Positions 18,797 through 28,232 of a DNA stretch of 64,000 bases are shown piece by piece; position 1 is the first letter of the stretch, and each line of letters starts with the position of its first letter. The position numbers and the translations under genes were made by a program. Source of the DNA: Candidatus Poribacteria bacterium (GTDB taxonomy: Bacteria > Poribacteria > WGA-4E > WGA-3G); contig OZ251518.1 in assembly GCA_965242965.1 (NCBI GenBank), positions 64,001-128,000 of the forward strand, given 5' to 3'. The notes beneath the pieces are model-generated. The model was not told the origin of the DNA. It searched no databases and worked only from the letters and a program-made list of their open reading frames with translations.

Positions 18797-19480
18797 ACCG
18801 TAGCGTGGGGGCCTGTCCCCCGCGATGCTAATTGTCTGAAGCAGGATTTCCAAGATTAGCAGGATTTGCAGGATGAAGAGTTGTTCGCCTTGACACGTCT
18901 ATGGGGACATCAAAGAATGCTCTTCAGGTCCGTAGGACCTGCATGTCTATAGAAAAGTAGATCTGCCACCGTTTTCAAGGTCCGTTAGGACCTTAATGGA
19001 AATGGCACAAGCGAGTCAAAGCACATTAAGGTCCTACAGACCTTAGGTTCATCGTGATGCGAGGTGCTATAGACATTAAGGTCTTACAGACCTAAAGAAA
19101 CATTTCGGCGCAATACCCGCCTAATCCTGAAAATCTTGAAAATCTTGTAAATCCTGCTCCAGACCGAGGCACGGCGAGGGACAGGCCCTCGCCCTACGGT
19201 GGCAGGAGAATTTTGGCACGGCGAGGGAAACCCGCTCGCATGCGCGTGTGGCATGCGAGGGCCCAAGCCCTACGGTTCGACGGCGCGGTTTGGATAGCCA
19301 CGAAATAAAAAGCATATTAAGGTCCTACAGACCTTAGCCATCTTCGCATCACATTGCTCTATAGACATTAAGGTCCTACAGCCCTAAAGAGACGTTTCGG
19401 CGCGATACCCTCCTAATCTTGCTAATCTTGTAAATCTTGGAAATCCTGCTCATATCTTGCCTAATCTTGTAAATCCTACT
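18797..19480. repeat. Composite REP / 9-mer / CTATAGACAT-AGGTCC repeat cluster
   Basis: 18797-19094 closely matches 13394-13690 in the same orientation; further partial copy 19314-19386. Confidence 0.9.
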
Positions 19481-19485
19481 CGGTG

Positions 19486-20415
19486 TTATTCCCGCTCTGG
19501 ATACGGCTTTCCTAATGCAGCAGGTGCCTCCGCGCGGCCGACGAAGCCCGCCAGCACCGCTAAGCAAAGCACGTAAGGCAACATCAATAGCACTTGATGT
19601 GGAATGCCCCAGCCGAAGGCCTGAAATCGGACATCCAGCGCGCCGCCGAGTCCAAAAAGCAACGCCGCCCCACACGCTTTCACCGGATGCCACTTCCCAA
19701 AGATGACTATCGCTAACGCAATAAACCCGCGTCCTACCGTCATGTTCGGCGTGAAATAGGGGACATCCGCCAGCGAGAGGTACCCACCGCCGATGCCTGC
19801 CATCGCACCGGCAAATAAGAGGCACGCCGTGCGCAGCAGCGGGACGTTCGTGCCAACCGCCGCTACTGCCTCTGGATGCTCGCCGCACGCACGAATGTGA
19901 AGCCCCGGGCGTGTGTGGTAGATGAAAAAGGTGACGCACGGCACCAGCAGGAACGTTAGAAACACTAAGATATTATGCGAAAAGAATGCCCGTCCAAAAA
20001 AAGGTATCTGCGAAAGGAACGGGATTGCTAAAGGCTGGAACGAGGGCACCCGCAGCGCGCTGCCTGTCACGCCGAAGAGGCGTTGATAAAGCACTTCGGT
20101 TAAGCCCAAGGCGAGCAGTGTGATGGCAGTGCCGATAATCACCTGGTCTCCTCGCAATCGGATGGCGAAGAGCGCGAAGAGCGCGGCGGTGCAAACACCA
20201 GCGATGCCAGCCAGCAGTAGCCCACACCCCGGCGCGAGGAACGGAACCTGCGCCGTGTAGAAAGAACCTACCATGCCGAAAAACGCACCCATCAGCATCA
20301 TGCCTTCAATGCCGATGTTGATGATGCCTGCGCGTTGCGATACGACTTCGCCTAACGCGGCGAGCAGCAGCGGTGTCGCGCCTCGAACCGTTGCGGAGAA
20401 CGTCTCTTCAAACAT
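19486..20415 (-). CDS. ABC transporter permease (nucleoside/simple sugar, BPD_transp_2)
   Basis: ATPLLLAALGEVVSQRAGIINIGIEG, GRGFIALAIVIFGKWHP, APAALGKPY. Confidence 0.92.
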   Translation of the reverse strand: MFEETFSATVRGATPLLLAALGEVVSQRAGIINIGIEGMMLMGAFFGMVGSFYTAQVPFLAPGCGLLLAGIAGVCTAALFALFAIRLRGDQVIIGTAITLLALGLTEVLYQRLFGVTGSALRVPSFQPLAIPFLSQIPFFGRAFFSHNILVFLTFLLVPCVTFFIYHTRPGLHIRACGEHPEAVAAVGTNVPLLRTACLLFAGAMAGIGGGYLSLADVPYFTPNMTVGRGFIALAIVIFGKWHPVKACGAALLFGLGGALDVRFQAFGWGIPHQVLLMLPYVLCLAVLAGFVGRAEAPAALGKPYPERE

Positions 20416-20451
20416 TTTTACCTCACATGCATCGAGACCGGGAGGTCTCGC

Positions 20452-21534
20452 CTACCTGCAATTTTCTGTTTCCTCCGGTAGGCGCGGTTTGAAACCGCGC
20501 TTTCGGAAAGTGTTGTCCTTCAAGAATTTCGCGGAACCGTAACCGAGCACAGCCAGCAGAATCGTCGCCTGCATGACAAGCGTTACCTTATCCGAAATGC
20601 CGACACCGCGTTGCATCGCATACGAACCTGTCGTGAGCGCGCCGAAAAGGAGTGCCGCCGCCATTGTGACTAGCGGATGCAACTTCGCTAGCAACGCCAC
20701 CGCAATCGCCGTGTAGCCGTAGCCGGGTGAGAAGTTGAGGAATAATCGGCGCGTCAGAGCCATTAGTTCTATCGCACCGCCGAGTCCTGCTAAGACACCG
20801 CTGATAAAAAAGACGCGGAACGTGTTATGCACAATGGAGATACCCGCCGCCTCCGCTGCCGCTGCCCCCGCGCCAACAGCACGCAGTTGATATCCAAATG
20901 TCGTCCGAAAAAGGACGAATGTGAGAATAATCGCCAAAACAATCGCGATGACGATGCCGAGATGGATGCGGTGAGGTGGAAACAGCCTCGGCAGAAATAC
21001 CCACTCGACGAGCCTGTCACTTTGCGGGCCACGCTGCGATACCTCCTGTAATGGCCCGCTGTCTACCATGAAACTGACGAGGTAGATGGCAACGTAGTTG
21101 AGCATAATCGTGCTAATGACTTCGTTTACACCGCGCGTTATCTTGAGGAACGCGGGAATCAGGGCCCAGATGCCACCTGCCAGTGCTGCGAAACAGAGAC
21201 ACAACGGCACGGCTATCCACGGTGTCGCGGGAAAAAACGGCGCGAGTTTCGTGCCGAACCATGTCGCCGCTAACGCGCCCATCAAAAACTGTCCCTCCGC
21301 GCCGATGTTCCATATCCCGCACCGGAAAGCGACAGCGACAGAAAGCCCTGCCATCAAAAACGGCGTGCTTTTCACCAGCGTCTCCCCTAATTTCCTGCCG
21401 TTGCCGAACGCGCCGCCGACTGCCGCCGCGTAAGCCTCTAGCGGATTATAGCCGCACACGAGCATGATGATGCCGTTCGTCGCAAACGCGCTGATGAGAA
21501 TGAGCGCGGGCATCCCGAGCCAACGTTTTATCAC
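20452..21534 (-). CDS. ABC transporter permease (nucleoside/simple sugar)
   Basis: WNIGAEGQF, NEVISTIMLNYVA, GYGYTAIAVALLA. Confidence 0.92.
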   Translation of the reverse strand: MIKRWLGMPALILISAFATNGIIMLVCGYNPLEAYAAAVGGAFGNGRKLGETLVKSTPFLMAGLSVAVAFRCGIWNIGAEGQFLMGALAATWFGTKLAPFFPATPWIAVPLCLCFAALAGGIWALIPAFLKITRGVNEVISTIMLNYVAIYLVSFMVDSGPLQEVSQRGPQSDRLVEWVFLPRLFPPHRIHLGIVIAIVLAIILTFVLFRTTFGYQLRAVGAGAAAAEAAGISIVHNTFRVFFISGVLAGLGGAIELMALTRRLFLNFSPGYGYTAIAVALLAKLHPLVTMAAALLFGALTTGSYAMQRGVGISDKVTLVMQATILLAVLGYGSAKFLKDNTFRKRGFKPRLPEETENCR

Positions 21535-23066
21535 GTGCTCCCTCCAGTCATTAACAAGCCTAATGCCTCAATGTCGTTCCGATGCGCCGTCGCTTCATGG
21601 AGTTGCCCTTTTGACATGACATAGAGCCTGTCGCTCAGTTGCAAGACTTCGTCTAATTCGGTGGAGATAAGCAGCACCGATTTGCCGCGGTTGCGCTGTG
21701 TTAGTAGATTCTGATGCACATAACGGGCGGCACTGATATCCAAGCCACGCGTCGGATTCACTGCGATGAGCAGTTCCGGTTCCGGTTCCATCTCTCGCGC
21801 GAGGACAACCTTCTGTTGATTGCCGCCGGATAGCGCGCCCGCGTCCAATTGAGGGTTAGGCGGACGGATATCGTAGGCATCTATCAGTTGTGCAACTGTC
21901 TCCCGCCGCTTTTTCTGTGGCAGAAGCCAACCGTATTGTTTGAGGTGTAGCACACTCAATTCAAGATTCTCCGCTACCGAAAACGATGGAATAAGCCCAA
22001 GCGTTTGTCTATCTTCCGGAATATAGCCGACACCGAGCAGGCGCGTCGACTTTGTGCCACGGGGTGCCTTGCCGAGGATTTCTATCGTGCTAGCGTCGCT
22101 TGCCGCTCGCAACCCCATAATCGCCTCGGCGAGTTCACGTTGCCCGTTACCGTCAACCCCCGCTACCCCAACGATTTCACCGCGATGTGTCGTCAGTGAG
22201 ACATCCGACACCGCGAGTTCATCACGACTGCCACGCACACTCAGCTCAGAAACGTGGAGCACCTTTTCCTGCGCGGGGCTTCGTTCCTCTCGCACCACTT
22301 CTCTCACCTCCTTGCCGAGCATCTCTCTGGCGAGCTCGCGAGCGGTTAGTTCCCCGGTGCATCCTTCATAAACTTTTTTGCCGCGCCTTAAGACGGTAAT
22401 CCTATCGCTAATCTGTAACACCTCGTTCATCTTATGGCTGATGAAGAGGATAGAACGGTTATCCGCCTGCAAGTTGCGCAGAATGGTAAAGAAACTGTCT
22501 ACTTCCTGCGGACTCAGCACCGCCGTCGGTTCATCAAGGATGAGGATGCGCGCATCACCGGCGAGTGCCTTGAGGATTTCAACGCGCTGTTTTAACCCAA
22601 CTGACAACGTTCGGACGAGGGCATTTGCGTCAACGGCGAGACCAAACTTATCAGAAAGTGCCGCTGTCGTTTTCACGGCATCGGCTTTTTTGAAGCGAAA
22701 TCCTTGAGTCCGTGGCGCGAGTGCCTGTCCCTCGCGAACCTTCCGATGCGCGGCACTCAGCGCGATATTCTCGGCGACGGTGAGGTTCTCAATCAACATG
22801 AAATGTTGATGCACCATGCCGATGCCGTTGGCGATGGCATCGCGCGGCGTTTTGAAGTTTTTCCGCTCATGCCTAACGCAGATGCTCCCTGATGTCGGTT
22901 GATACAAACCGTAGATGAGGTGCATCAATGTCGATTTGCCCGCGCCGTTTTCGCCTAAAATGGCGTGGATTTCCCCTTCCTTGAGGGTGAAATCGACGTT
23001 ATCCACGGCGACAAGGTTTCCAAAGGCTTTGGTGATGTTGCGGAGTTCTAAGATGTTTTCTGCCAC
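21531..23066 (-). CDS. ABC transporter ATP-binding protein with two NBDs (CUT2 family)
   Basis: GENGAGKST, ILDEPTAVL, GVDGNGQ, LSGGNQQK. Confidence 0.94.
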   Translation of the reverse strand: MAENILELRNITKAFGNLVAVDNVDFTLKEGEIHAILGENGAGKSTLMHLIYGLYQPTSGSICVRHERKNFKTPRDAIANGIGMVHQHFMLIENLTVAENIALSAAHRKVREGQALAPRTQGFRFKKADAVKTTAALSDKFGLAVDANALVRTLSVGLKQRVEILKALAGDARILILDEPTAVLSPQEVDSFFTILRNLQADNRSILFISHKMNEVLQISDRITVLRRGKKVYEGCTGELTARELAREMLGKEVREVVREERSPAQEKVLHVSELSVRGSRDELAVSDVSLTTHRGEIVGVAGVDGNGQRELAEAIMGLRAASDASTIEILGKAPRGTKSTRLLGVGYIPEDRQTLGLIPSFSVAENLELSVLHLKQYGWLLPQKKRRETVAQLIDAYDIRPPNPQLDAGALSGGNQQKVVLAREMEPEPELLIAVNPTRGLDISAARYVHQNLLTQRNRGKSVLLISTELDEVLQLSDRLYVMSKGQLHEATAHRNDIEALGLLMTGGST

Positions 23067-23908
23067 CGGACCGCGTGTGCCTCCGTTAATTCGCCATCAT
23101 ACGCAACAACGCGCAGCGAGAGTTTCCATGATTCTCCCGCCGGTGTGGAGAGAGTTGCTCTCCAGGTCGGATTATAGAGTGCCATGCCGTAATCGCGGAT
23201 GAACCACGGACCGCGGGCACGCTCATCCACTGGGAGAATCGTCATGAAAACACCAAAATGCCCATGGCCGAACAGACGGTTTTGATAGGCGACGAAATCG
23301 GAGTCGGCTTCATGGACGACATCGGCGTTCCCGACGCGGTTATTATCACCGATGACTACGCCGCCCATGACTGGCAGAAGCCTCGGTTCAACGCGGATGC
23401 CGATACTGCCGAATTTCGTCTGTGGATAGGTGACAGCACCGTAGTTAGCAATTTTCTCGCTCGTCACATCGCAGATTGTCGCGTCTGGCAGACTCCAGAG
23501 GTTCACCGTCCGGATTTCGTCAATTAGCGGTTCTTCGTTCGCGTCGCGCCAAATCACCTTCTGGACGAATCTCACGCCATCTGCATGCGGCGTGATGTCC
23601 ACCTCTTTTTGGGTATCCATCCGCCCCATGTTGGCGAAGACTTTATCGGTGAAGGAACGTTGCGGCGGAGCGGCCCAAAAGCCCGCTTCTCGTTCGCCGA
23701 CATGAACCGGACCTTGGCCAACGAAAACGCCGTTGTGAAACGGATGATCGAAGGCGAATTCTTGAACGACGGTATGTCCCGCCGGCGTGTAAAGTGGAAA
23801 GACGAAGGGCCGATAAAAGTTAGCACCTACGCCGCCGAGGCAGCGGCCGCTCTCTTTCTCCACAACGAGGTGGGTTTTGGCGTTGATTTTGACTTCAAAG
23901 TTGCTCAT
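23048..23908 (-). CDS. DUF6807 / 'PmoA-like' family protein (not a methane monooxygenase)
   Basis: RPFVFPLYTPAG...DHPFHNGVF motif; no TM helices. Confidence 0.65.
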   Translation of the reverse strand: MSNFEVKINAKTHLVVEKESGRCLGGVGANFYRPFVFPLYTPAGHTVVQEFAFDHPFHNGVFVGQGPVHVGEREAGFWAAPPQRSFTDKVFANMGRMDTQKEVDITPHADGVRFVQKVIWRDANEEPLIDEIRTVNLWSLPDATICDVTSEKIANYGAVTYPQTKFGSIGIRVEPRLLPVMGGVVIGDNNRVGNADVVHEADSDFVAYQNRLFGHGHFGVFMTILPVDERARGPWFIRDYGMALYNPTWRATLSTPAGESWKLSLRVVAYDGELTEAHAVRWQKTS

Positions 23909-26024
23909 GATTTTCCAAATGAATGATTTTCTCGAAATCCCAAAGGAGGACTGTGCCATCCGAACTCCCGCTAGCAAGCGTTTTGCCATCGGGAGAAAAT
24001 ACCAAAGACCGGAGCCATCGCGTATGTCCTGTCTGTGTGGACAAAAGATGCCCGGTCTGGGGATTCCAGAACTGTAGAATTCCGTGCCGAGTTCCGTTCA
24101 CCAAGATACCGCTATCTGGTGAAAAGGCGAGATCTCCAGCTGTTTTGTGCTGTTCTCGTTTCAGCACACTGATTCTGTCACCGGTGGCGGCATCCCATAC
24201 ATAGCACTGCCTTTCACTCGCACTCGCAAGCATTTTGTTGTCCGGCGAAAATGCCAATGACAAAACGGGATGCTGATGTTGTGTGAGCGTCCGAATTGCA
24301 CTGCCAGTGTCCACATTCCACAAGCAGACCTTGGAATCCCCTCCGCTACTTGCAACCGTTTTTCCATCTGGTGAGAATGTCAATGTGATAACCCTACCAG
24401 CGTGTGCTTTAAGCGTGATGTGGGGCTCGATCTTCGCCGCGGTAGCAGGAAAGAGTTGTTTAATCGCAGATTTTGGACGGTGCGGAACTTCCCACAATCG
24501 CAGGCGGCCAGTCTTATCGCCGCTCGCGAGGATGTTCCCCTCCGGCGAAAATGCGAATTTGACATTTAAATCATTCTTTCGATGCACTGAGGCTAAAACG
24601 GCCTCGGAGCGGTCCCGGTGCAGATTCCATAAATGGAATGTCCTATTTCTGTCTTCAGCGGCAAGAGTTGTGCCATCCGGTGAAATTGCCTCGGCTGCAA
24701 GAATCTTGAGGGAGTGCATCGACAGGTGGCTTCCGGTGCGGGAATCCCAGTGTCGATGTTGGATAATTCCGCGAGTAGTCCAGCTAGGCCGATTCACACT
24801 AGCGACAGTTCTTCCATCTTGAGAGAAAAATATTCCTTCAATTGGCCCCATAAACTCCGAGCAAGTGAACTGTTGGCTACCGGTGAGAGTATCCCATGCG
24901 CGGACTGTGCCATCGTGACTGCCACTGATGAGCGTTTTCCCATCCGGCGAAAATGCCAAATTCGTCACCTTGGCGTTATGCCCATTAAGGACGAGCGATG
25001 GCATATACTGCCCAACAGCGTCCCACCACTTTTCCTCCGTTTTGGTAGCATTCCATAGGTAAATAGTGCCATTTAAACTCCCGCTTGCGAGAAAGTTGCC
25101 GTTTGGTGAAAAGGCTAAGGCGTGGTGCCCACCACCAGCAGGAAGCTTGAAGGTTGCCAGCCGCTCACCGCCTTTCACATCCCACAAAAAGATAGTTTTG
25201 GATTCATCGCCGCTCGCAAGTGTCTTGCCATCGGGTGAAAAAACAAGGGACCGGATCCAGCTCGTATGCTCGGTTAAGTTAGACGTGAGGTTCCCTGTCC
25301 GCGTATCCCACACCTGAATCGGAAACCTTCGGTTCCGCCGATAGACACCCCGTGCCGCTGTGGCAAGAACCGACGCGCCGGGAGAGAGTTCCATCAAAGG
25401 CTCAAGGGGTTTTTTATCTCTCTTGAGAGGAACAGTTTTACGTGCGCCTCTGCCTTTCTCCCATTCGTGAAGTTTCCAGTTACGCAGTGCCAAGAGCAGT
25501 TTCGTTCCGGCATTTGAGAAAACGAGGGATTCAACGCGTCCGGCAATTGGAATCGTTTCAAGAAGTTCGCCAGTTTCTACATGCCCCGGCTCTACATGCC
25601 AAATTCGCAATTCCGAGCCTTCGTCTCCGCTGGCGAGTGTGCTGCCATCTGGCGAAAAAGCGATAGCACTAACCCTCTTTTGATGTCCTATCCACAGCGC
25701 GAGTTCTGTTCCAGTTTGCGCGTCGTAGAGCCAAATTCCGATAGAGGTCGCTACTGCAAAACGGCTGCCATCGGGCGCGAACTTGATGTCGGTTATTTCG
25801 CCTTTACCGAGGCGTGCGGTGGCACCTTCCGGCAAACCCCATCGGATATACGCGGGCGCGGCAACCTCCGGATACGGTTCTTGTCGTTCCGATTTATTTG
25901 CTGCTTCGTCTACGTTGTCTACGTTCCGAGTGGATATCACCCACCGTGCGCACACGGCAAGCAGCAGAACGGAACCGCAAAATAACAGCAGTATCAGTAG
26001 CATGCGATGTGATGTTTTCATCAT
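23895..26024 (-). CDS. Large WD40-repeat protein with N-terminal signal/anchor
   Basis: WGLPEGATARLGKG, many FSPDGxxLASG...LWD repeats. Confidence 0.92.
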   Translation of the reverse strand: MMKTSHRMLLILLLFCGSVLLLAVCARWVISTRNVDNVDEAANKSERQEPYPEVAAPAYIRWGLPEGATARLGKGEITDIKFAPDGSRFAVATSIGIWLYDAQTGTELALWIGHQKRVSAIAFSPDGSTLASGDEGSELRIWHVEPGHVETGELLETIPIAGRVESLVFSNAGTKLLLALRNWKLHEWEKGRGARKTVPLKRDKKPLEPLMELSPGASVLATAARGVYRRNRRFPIQVWDTRTGNLTSNLTEHTSWIRSLVFSPDGKTLASGDESKTIFLWDVKGGERLATFKLPAGGGHHALAFSPNGNFLASGSLNGTIYLWNATKTEEKWWDAVGQYMPSLVLNGHNAKVTNLAFSPDGKTLISGSHDGTVRAWDTLTGSQQFTCSEFMGPIEGIFFSQDGRTVASVNRPSWTTRGIIQHRHWDSRTGSHLSMHSLKILAAEAISPDGTTLAAEDRNRTFHLWNLHRDRSEAVLASVHRKNDLNVKFAFSPEGNILASGDKTGRLRLWEVPHRPKSAIKQLFPATAAKIEPHITLKAHAGRVITLTFSPDGKTVASSGGDSKVCLWNVDTGSAIRTLTQHQHPVLSLAFSPDNKMLASASERQCYVWDAATGDRISVLKREQHKTAGDLAFSPDSGILVNGTRHGILQFWNPQTGHLLSTQTGHTRWLRSLVFSPDGKTLASGSSDGTVLLWDFEKIIHLENHEQL

Positions 26025-26058
26025 GGCCCCTCACAAATCGGCAGAACTTGGTATTATT

Positions 26059-26316
26059 GAGGGTGTTTCATAAATCGCTCAACGTCGCGGGGGAAACCCG
26101 CTCGGATGCGCATGTGGCATCCGAGGGCCCCGCGCTACGGTGAAAAAAACGTCTCCCCATCACGTAGGGCGGGGGCCTGTCCCCCGCCATCGCTCGCGCG
26201 CCAGGCCCTGTAAGTCAGGATCGCCCGATCCTGACCCGTTCGGGAGCGGGTGCTCCCGAACTACAGAACGGGGCCTGATGCGCCCCCCAAGGGGGGTAAA
26301 TTTATGAAACCCCCTC
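26059..26316. mobile_element. Second MITE-like element copy, inverted relative to 9521-9786
   Basis: GAGGGTGTTTCATAAAT / ATTTATGAAACCCCCTC termini; CGCTCAACGTCGCGG is the reverse complement of the subterminal sequence in copy 1. Confidence 0.7.
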
Positions 26317-26324
26317 ATTTAGTA

Positions 26325-26786
26325 TTATTGCGGATGCAGGACAGCCTCATCAATTCGCCGATAGACGTGAAGTTCGTCTGGTGCGAACAAGATGCCTAAT
26401 TCGCGCCGGGCGTTCTCTGGAGAATCGGATGCATGCACGACGTTGTGCGTCACATTGAGCGAAAAATCGCCACGGATGCTCCCGGGTTGCGCTGCGAGCG
26501 GGTCTGTCGCGCCGTTGAGGGTGCGGACTAACTCTATGGCATTCCGTCCCTCTACGGCAAGCGCGACAATCGGTGCCGAGGTCACGAATTGGATGAGCGT
26601 CTCATAAAACGGCTTGCCGCCATGATGCACGGCGTAAAGTGCCGCTGCTGTCGTGGGTGAAAGTTGCATCATCTTCATGCCGACGAGCTTGAGCCCTTTG
26701 CGTTCATATCGCGCAATAATTTCCCCGATGAGGCGGCGTTGAACGCCATCGGGTTTGATTAAAATCAGTGTTTGTTCTGTCTCCAT
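26325..26786 (-). CDS. ndk: Nucleoside diphosphate kinase
   Basis: TLILIKPDGVQR, PGSIRGDF, NVVHASDS. Confidence 0.97.
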   Translation of the reverse strand: METEQTLILIKPDGVQRRLIGEIIARYERKGLKLVGMKMMQLSPTTAAALYAVHHGGKPFYETLIQFVTSAPIVALAVEGRNAIELVRTLNGATDPLAAQPGSIRGDFSLNVTHNVVHASDSPENARRELGILFAPDELHVYRRIDEAVLHPQ

Positions 26787-26853
26787 TGCCTCTCCTATTT
26801 CTTAGCGGTTGTTTGAGGTAGTCTTATCTCCAAAAGTTTTTCTTCAGTCTGGC

Positions 26854-26882
26854 TTGACATGAAGTCGTTTTAAGTATATCAT
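26854..26882 (+). promoter_or_regulatory. sigma70 promoter for GNAT gene
   Basis: TTGACA-N17-TATCAT. Confidence 0.7.
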
Positions 26883-26926
26883 ATTTTGTAGGATTTGCCA
26901 AATTTATTTTTTTACGAGGCGGAACG

Positions 26927-27913
26927 ATGTTCAATCAACTAGCGGAAGTGGTGCTAAAAACTGGGGAACGGATGGAAGTGGGTGTGATTACCGCGCCCGA
27001 TGCCCCACATGCGGCGGAAATGAAGGCGTTTCTCGGACATAAACCGGGGAACTATAAATGGCATATTGAACGCTGCGTGACTGAATCGCTGGACGCGTTG
27101 GAAACGCGGTTCTATGTCGGGAAACTTGATGGAAACGTGATTACTAATATCATGACGGTGGAGCATGAAGGAATTGGGATTTTAGGGCACGTCTTCACCT
27201 TACCGGAGCAGCGGCGGAAAGGGGCGTGTAAAGGCGTGATGGCACACCAGATGGAAGATTTTCGGCAACGTGGCGGCCGCGCGCTCTACCTCGGCACGGG
27301 ATACAACAGCGCGCCGTATCATATCTACCACAGCTTCGGGTTCAAGAGTGTCTTTCCGGCATCCGGGTTTATGCACTATTTTGTCAGCGCTGATTTTGCG
27401 GAACACTACTTCGCACCGGCACTCGCAAAGCCGAAGTCGGTTGAATGGCACGATTGGCCGAAAGTTACGGCTCTCTCGGCGATTGTTGGCGGGGACACGC
27501 TTCGGAGTTTGACATGGGGTGTTTACGGGCCCACGAACCTTGAGGGCGGATTTCTGGCTTTCAAACACGATTTGGAGACAGCGGATACCTACGCCGATGC
27601 CAAGTTGCTCGTCGCGCAGAACGGGGCAATCGTCGGTTGGGCGACGGTGATTTGGGATGCGCGCTGGCGCGGCACGTCTGCCGTGCTAGACATTTTCTTC
27701 CATCCCAATTTTGCCGATGCTGTTCCTACACTGCTTTCTGCTTTGACGTTTCCTGATGCGAAAGTTCAGTGTTACGTTGACGAGGATGCAACAGTGAAGG
27801 CAGATATTTTGACATCGGCTGGGTTTGATTGCGAGGCGCGTTTGAAGCAACAGTTTGCGTATAACGCGCGGCGTTATGACGTTTTGGTGTTCGGTAGTTC
27901 GGAAGGCGTTTAA
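26927..27913 (+). CDS. GNAT family N-acetyltransferase (probably tandem GNAT)
   Basis: VFTLPEQRRKGAC (motif A), AxHIYHSFGF (motif B). Confidence 0.8.
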   Translation: MFNQLAEVVLKTGERMEVGVITAPDAPHAAEMKAFLGHKPGNYKWHIERCVTESLDALETRFYVGKLDGNVITNIMTVEHEGIGILGHVFTLPEQRRKGACKGVMAHQMEDFRQRGGRALYLGTGYNSAPYHIYHSFGFKSVFPASGFMHYFVSADFAEHYFAPALAKPKSVEWHDWPKVTALSAIVGGDTLRSLTWGVYGPTNLEGGFLAFKHDLETADTYADAKLLVAQNGAIVGWATVIWDARWRGTSAVLDIFFHPNFADAVPTLLSALTFPDAKVQCYVDEDATVKADILTSAGFDCEARLKQQFAYNARRYDVLVFGSSEGV

Positions 27914-27951
27914 TAAGCGTTTCTCGGTATTTATGAATACCGCGCCTTCTT

Positions 27952-28230
27952 GGTAGGAGAGACCTCCTGGTCTCGATGCTGCCAGACGTTAGGTGCTCGC
28001 AAACTCGAGTGGTGGGCATCTCCTACCGGCAGACATCGGCCCCCTGTAGTTCGGGATCGCCTGATCCCGAACGGTTCAGGATCAGGCGATCCTGAACTAC
28101 AAGGGGGATGCGCTTTGACAGCAAGACGCATGGCGAGGGACAGGCCCTCGCCCTACGTGAAGGGGCGGCGTTTTTTCATCGTAGCGCGGGGCATGTCCCC
28201 GCGCCGTTGAGCCATTTATGAAACACGCTC
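27952..28230. repeat. REP cluster ending in one MITE terminal repeat
   Basis: Three GTAG hairpin families; ends ATTTATGAAACACGCTC. Confidence 0.8.
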
Positions 28231-28232
28231 AA

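Noticed and set aside
23048-23908. Particulate methane monooxygenase subunit
   Set aside because: Soluble DUF6807-type sequence without TM helices; no pmoCB neighbours
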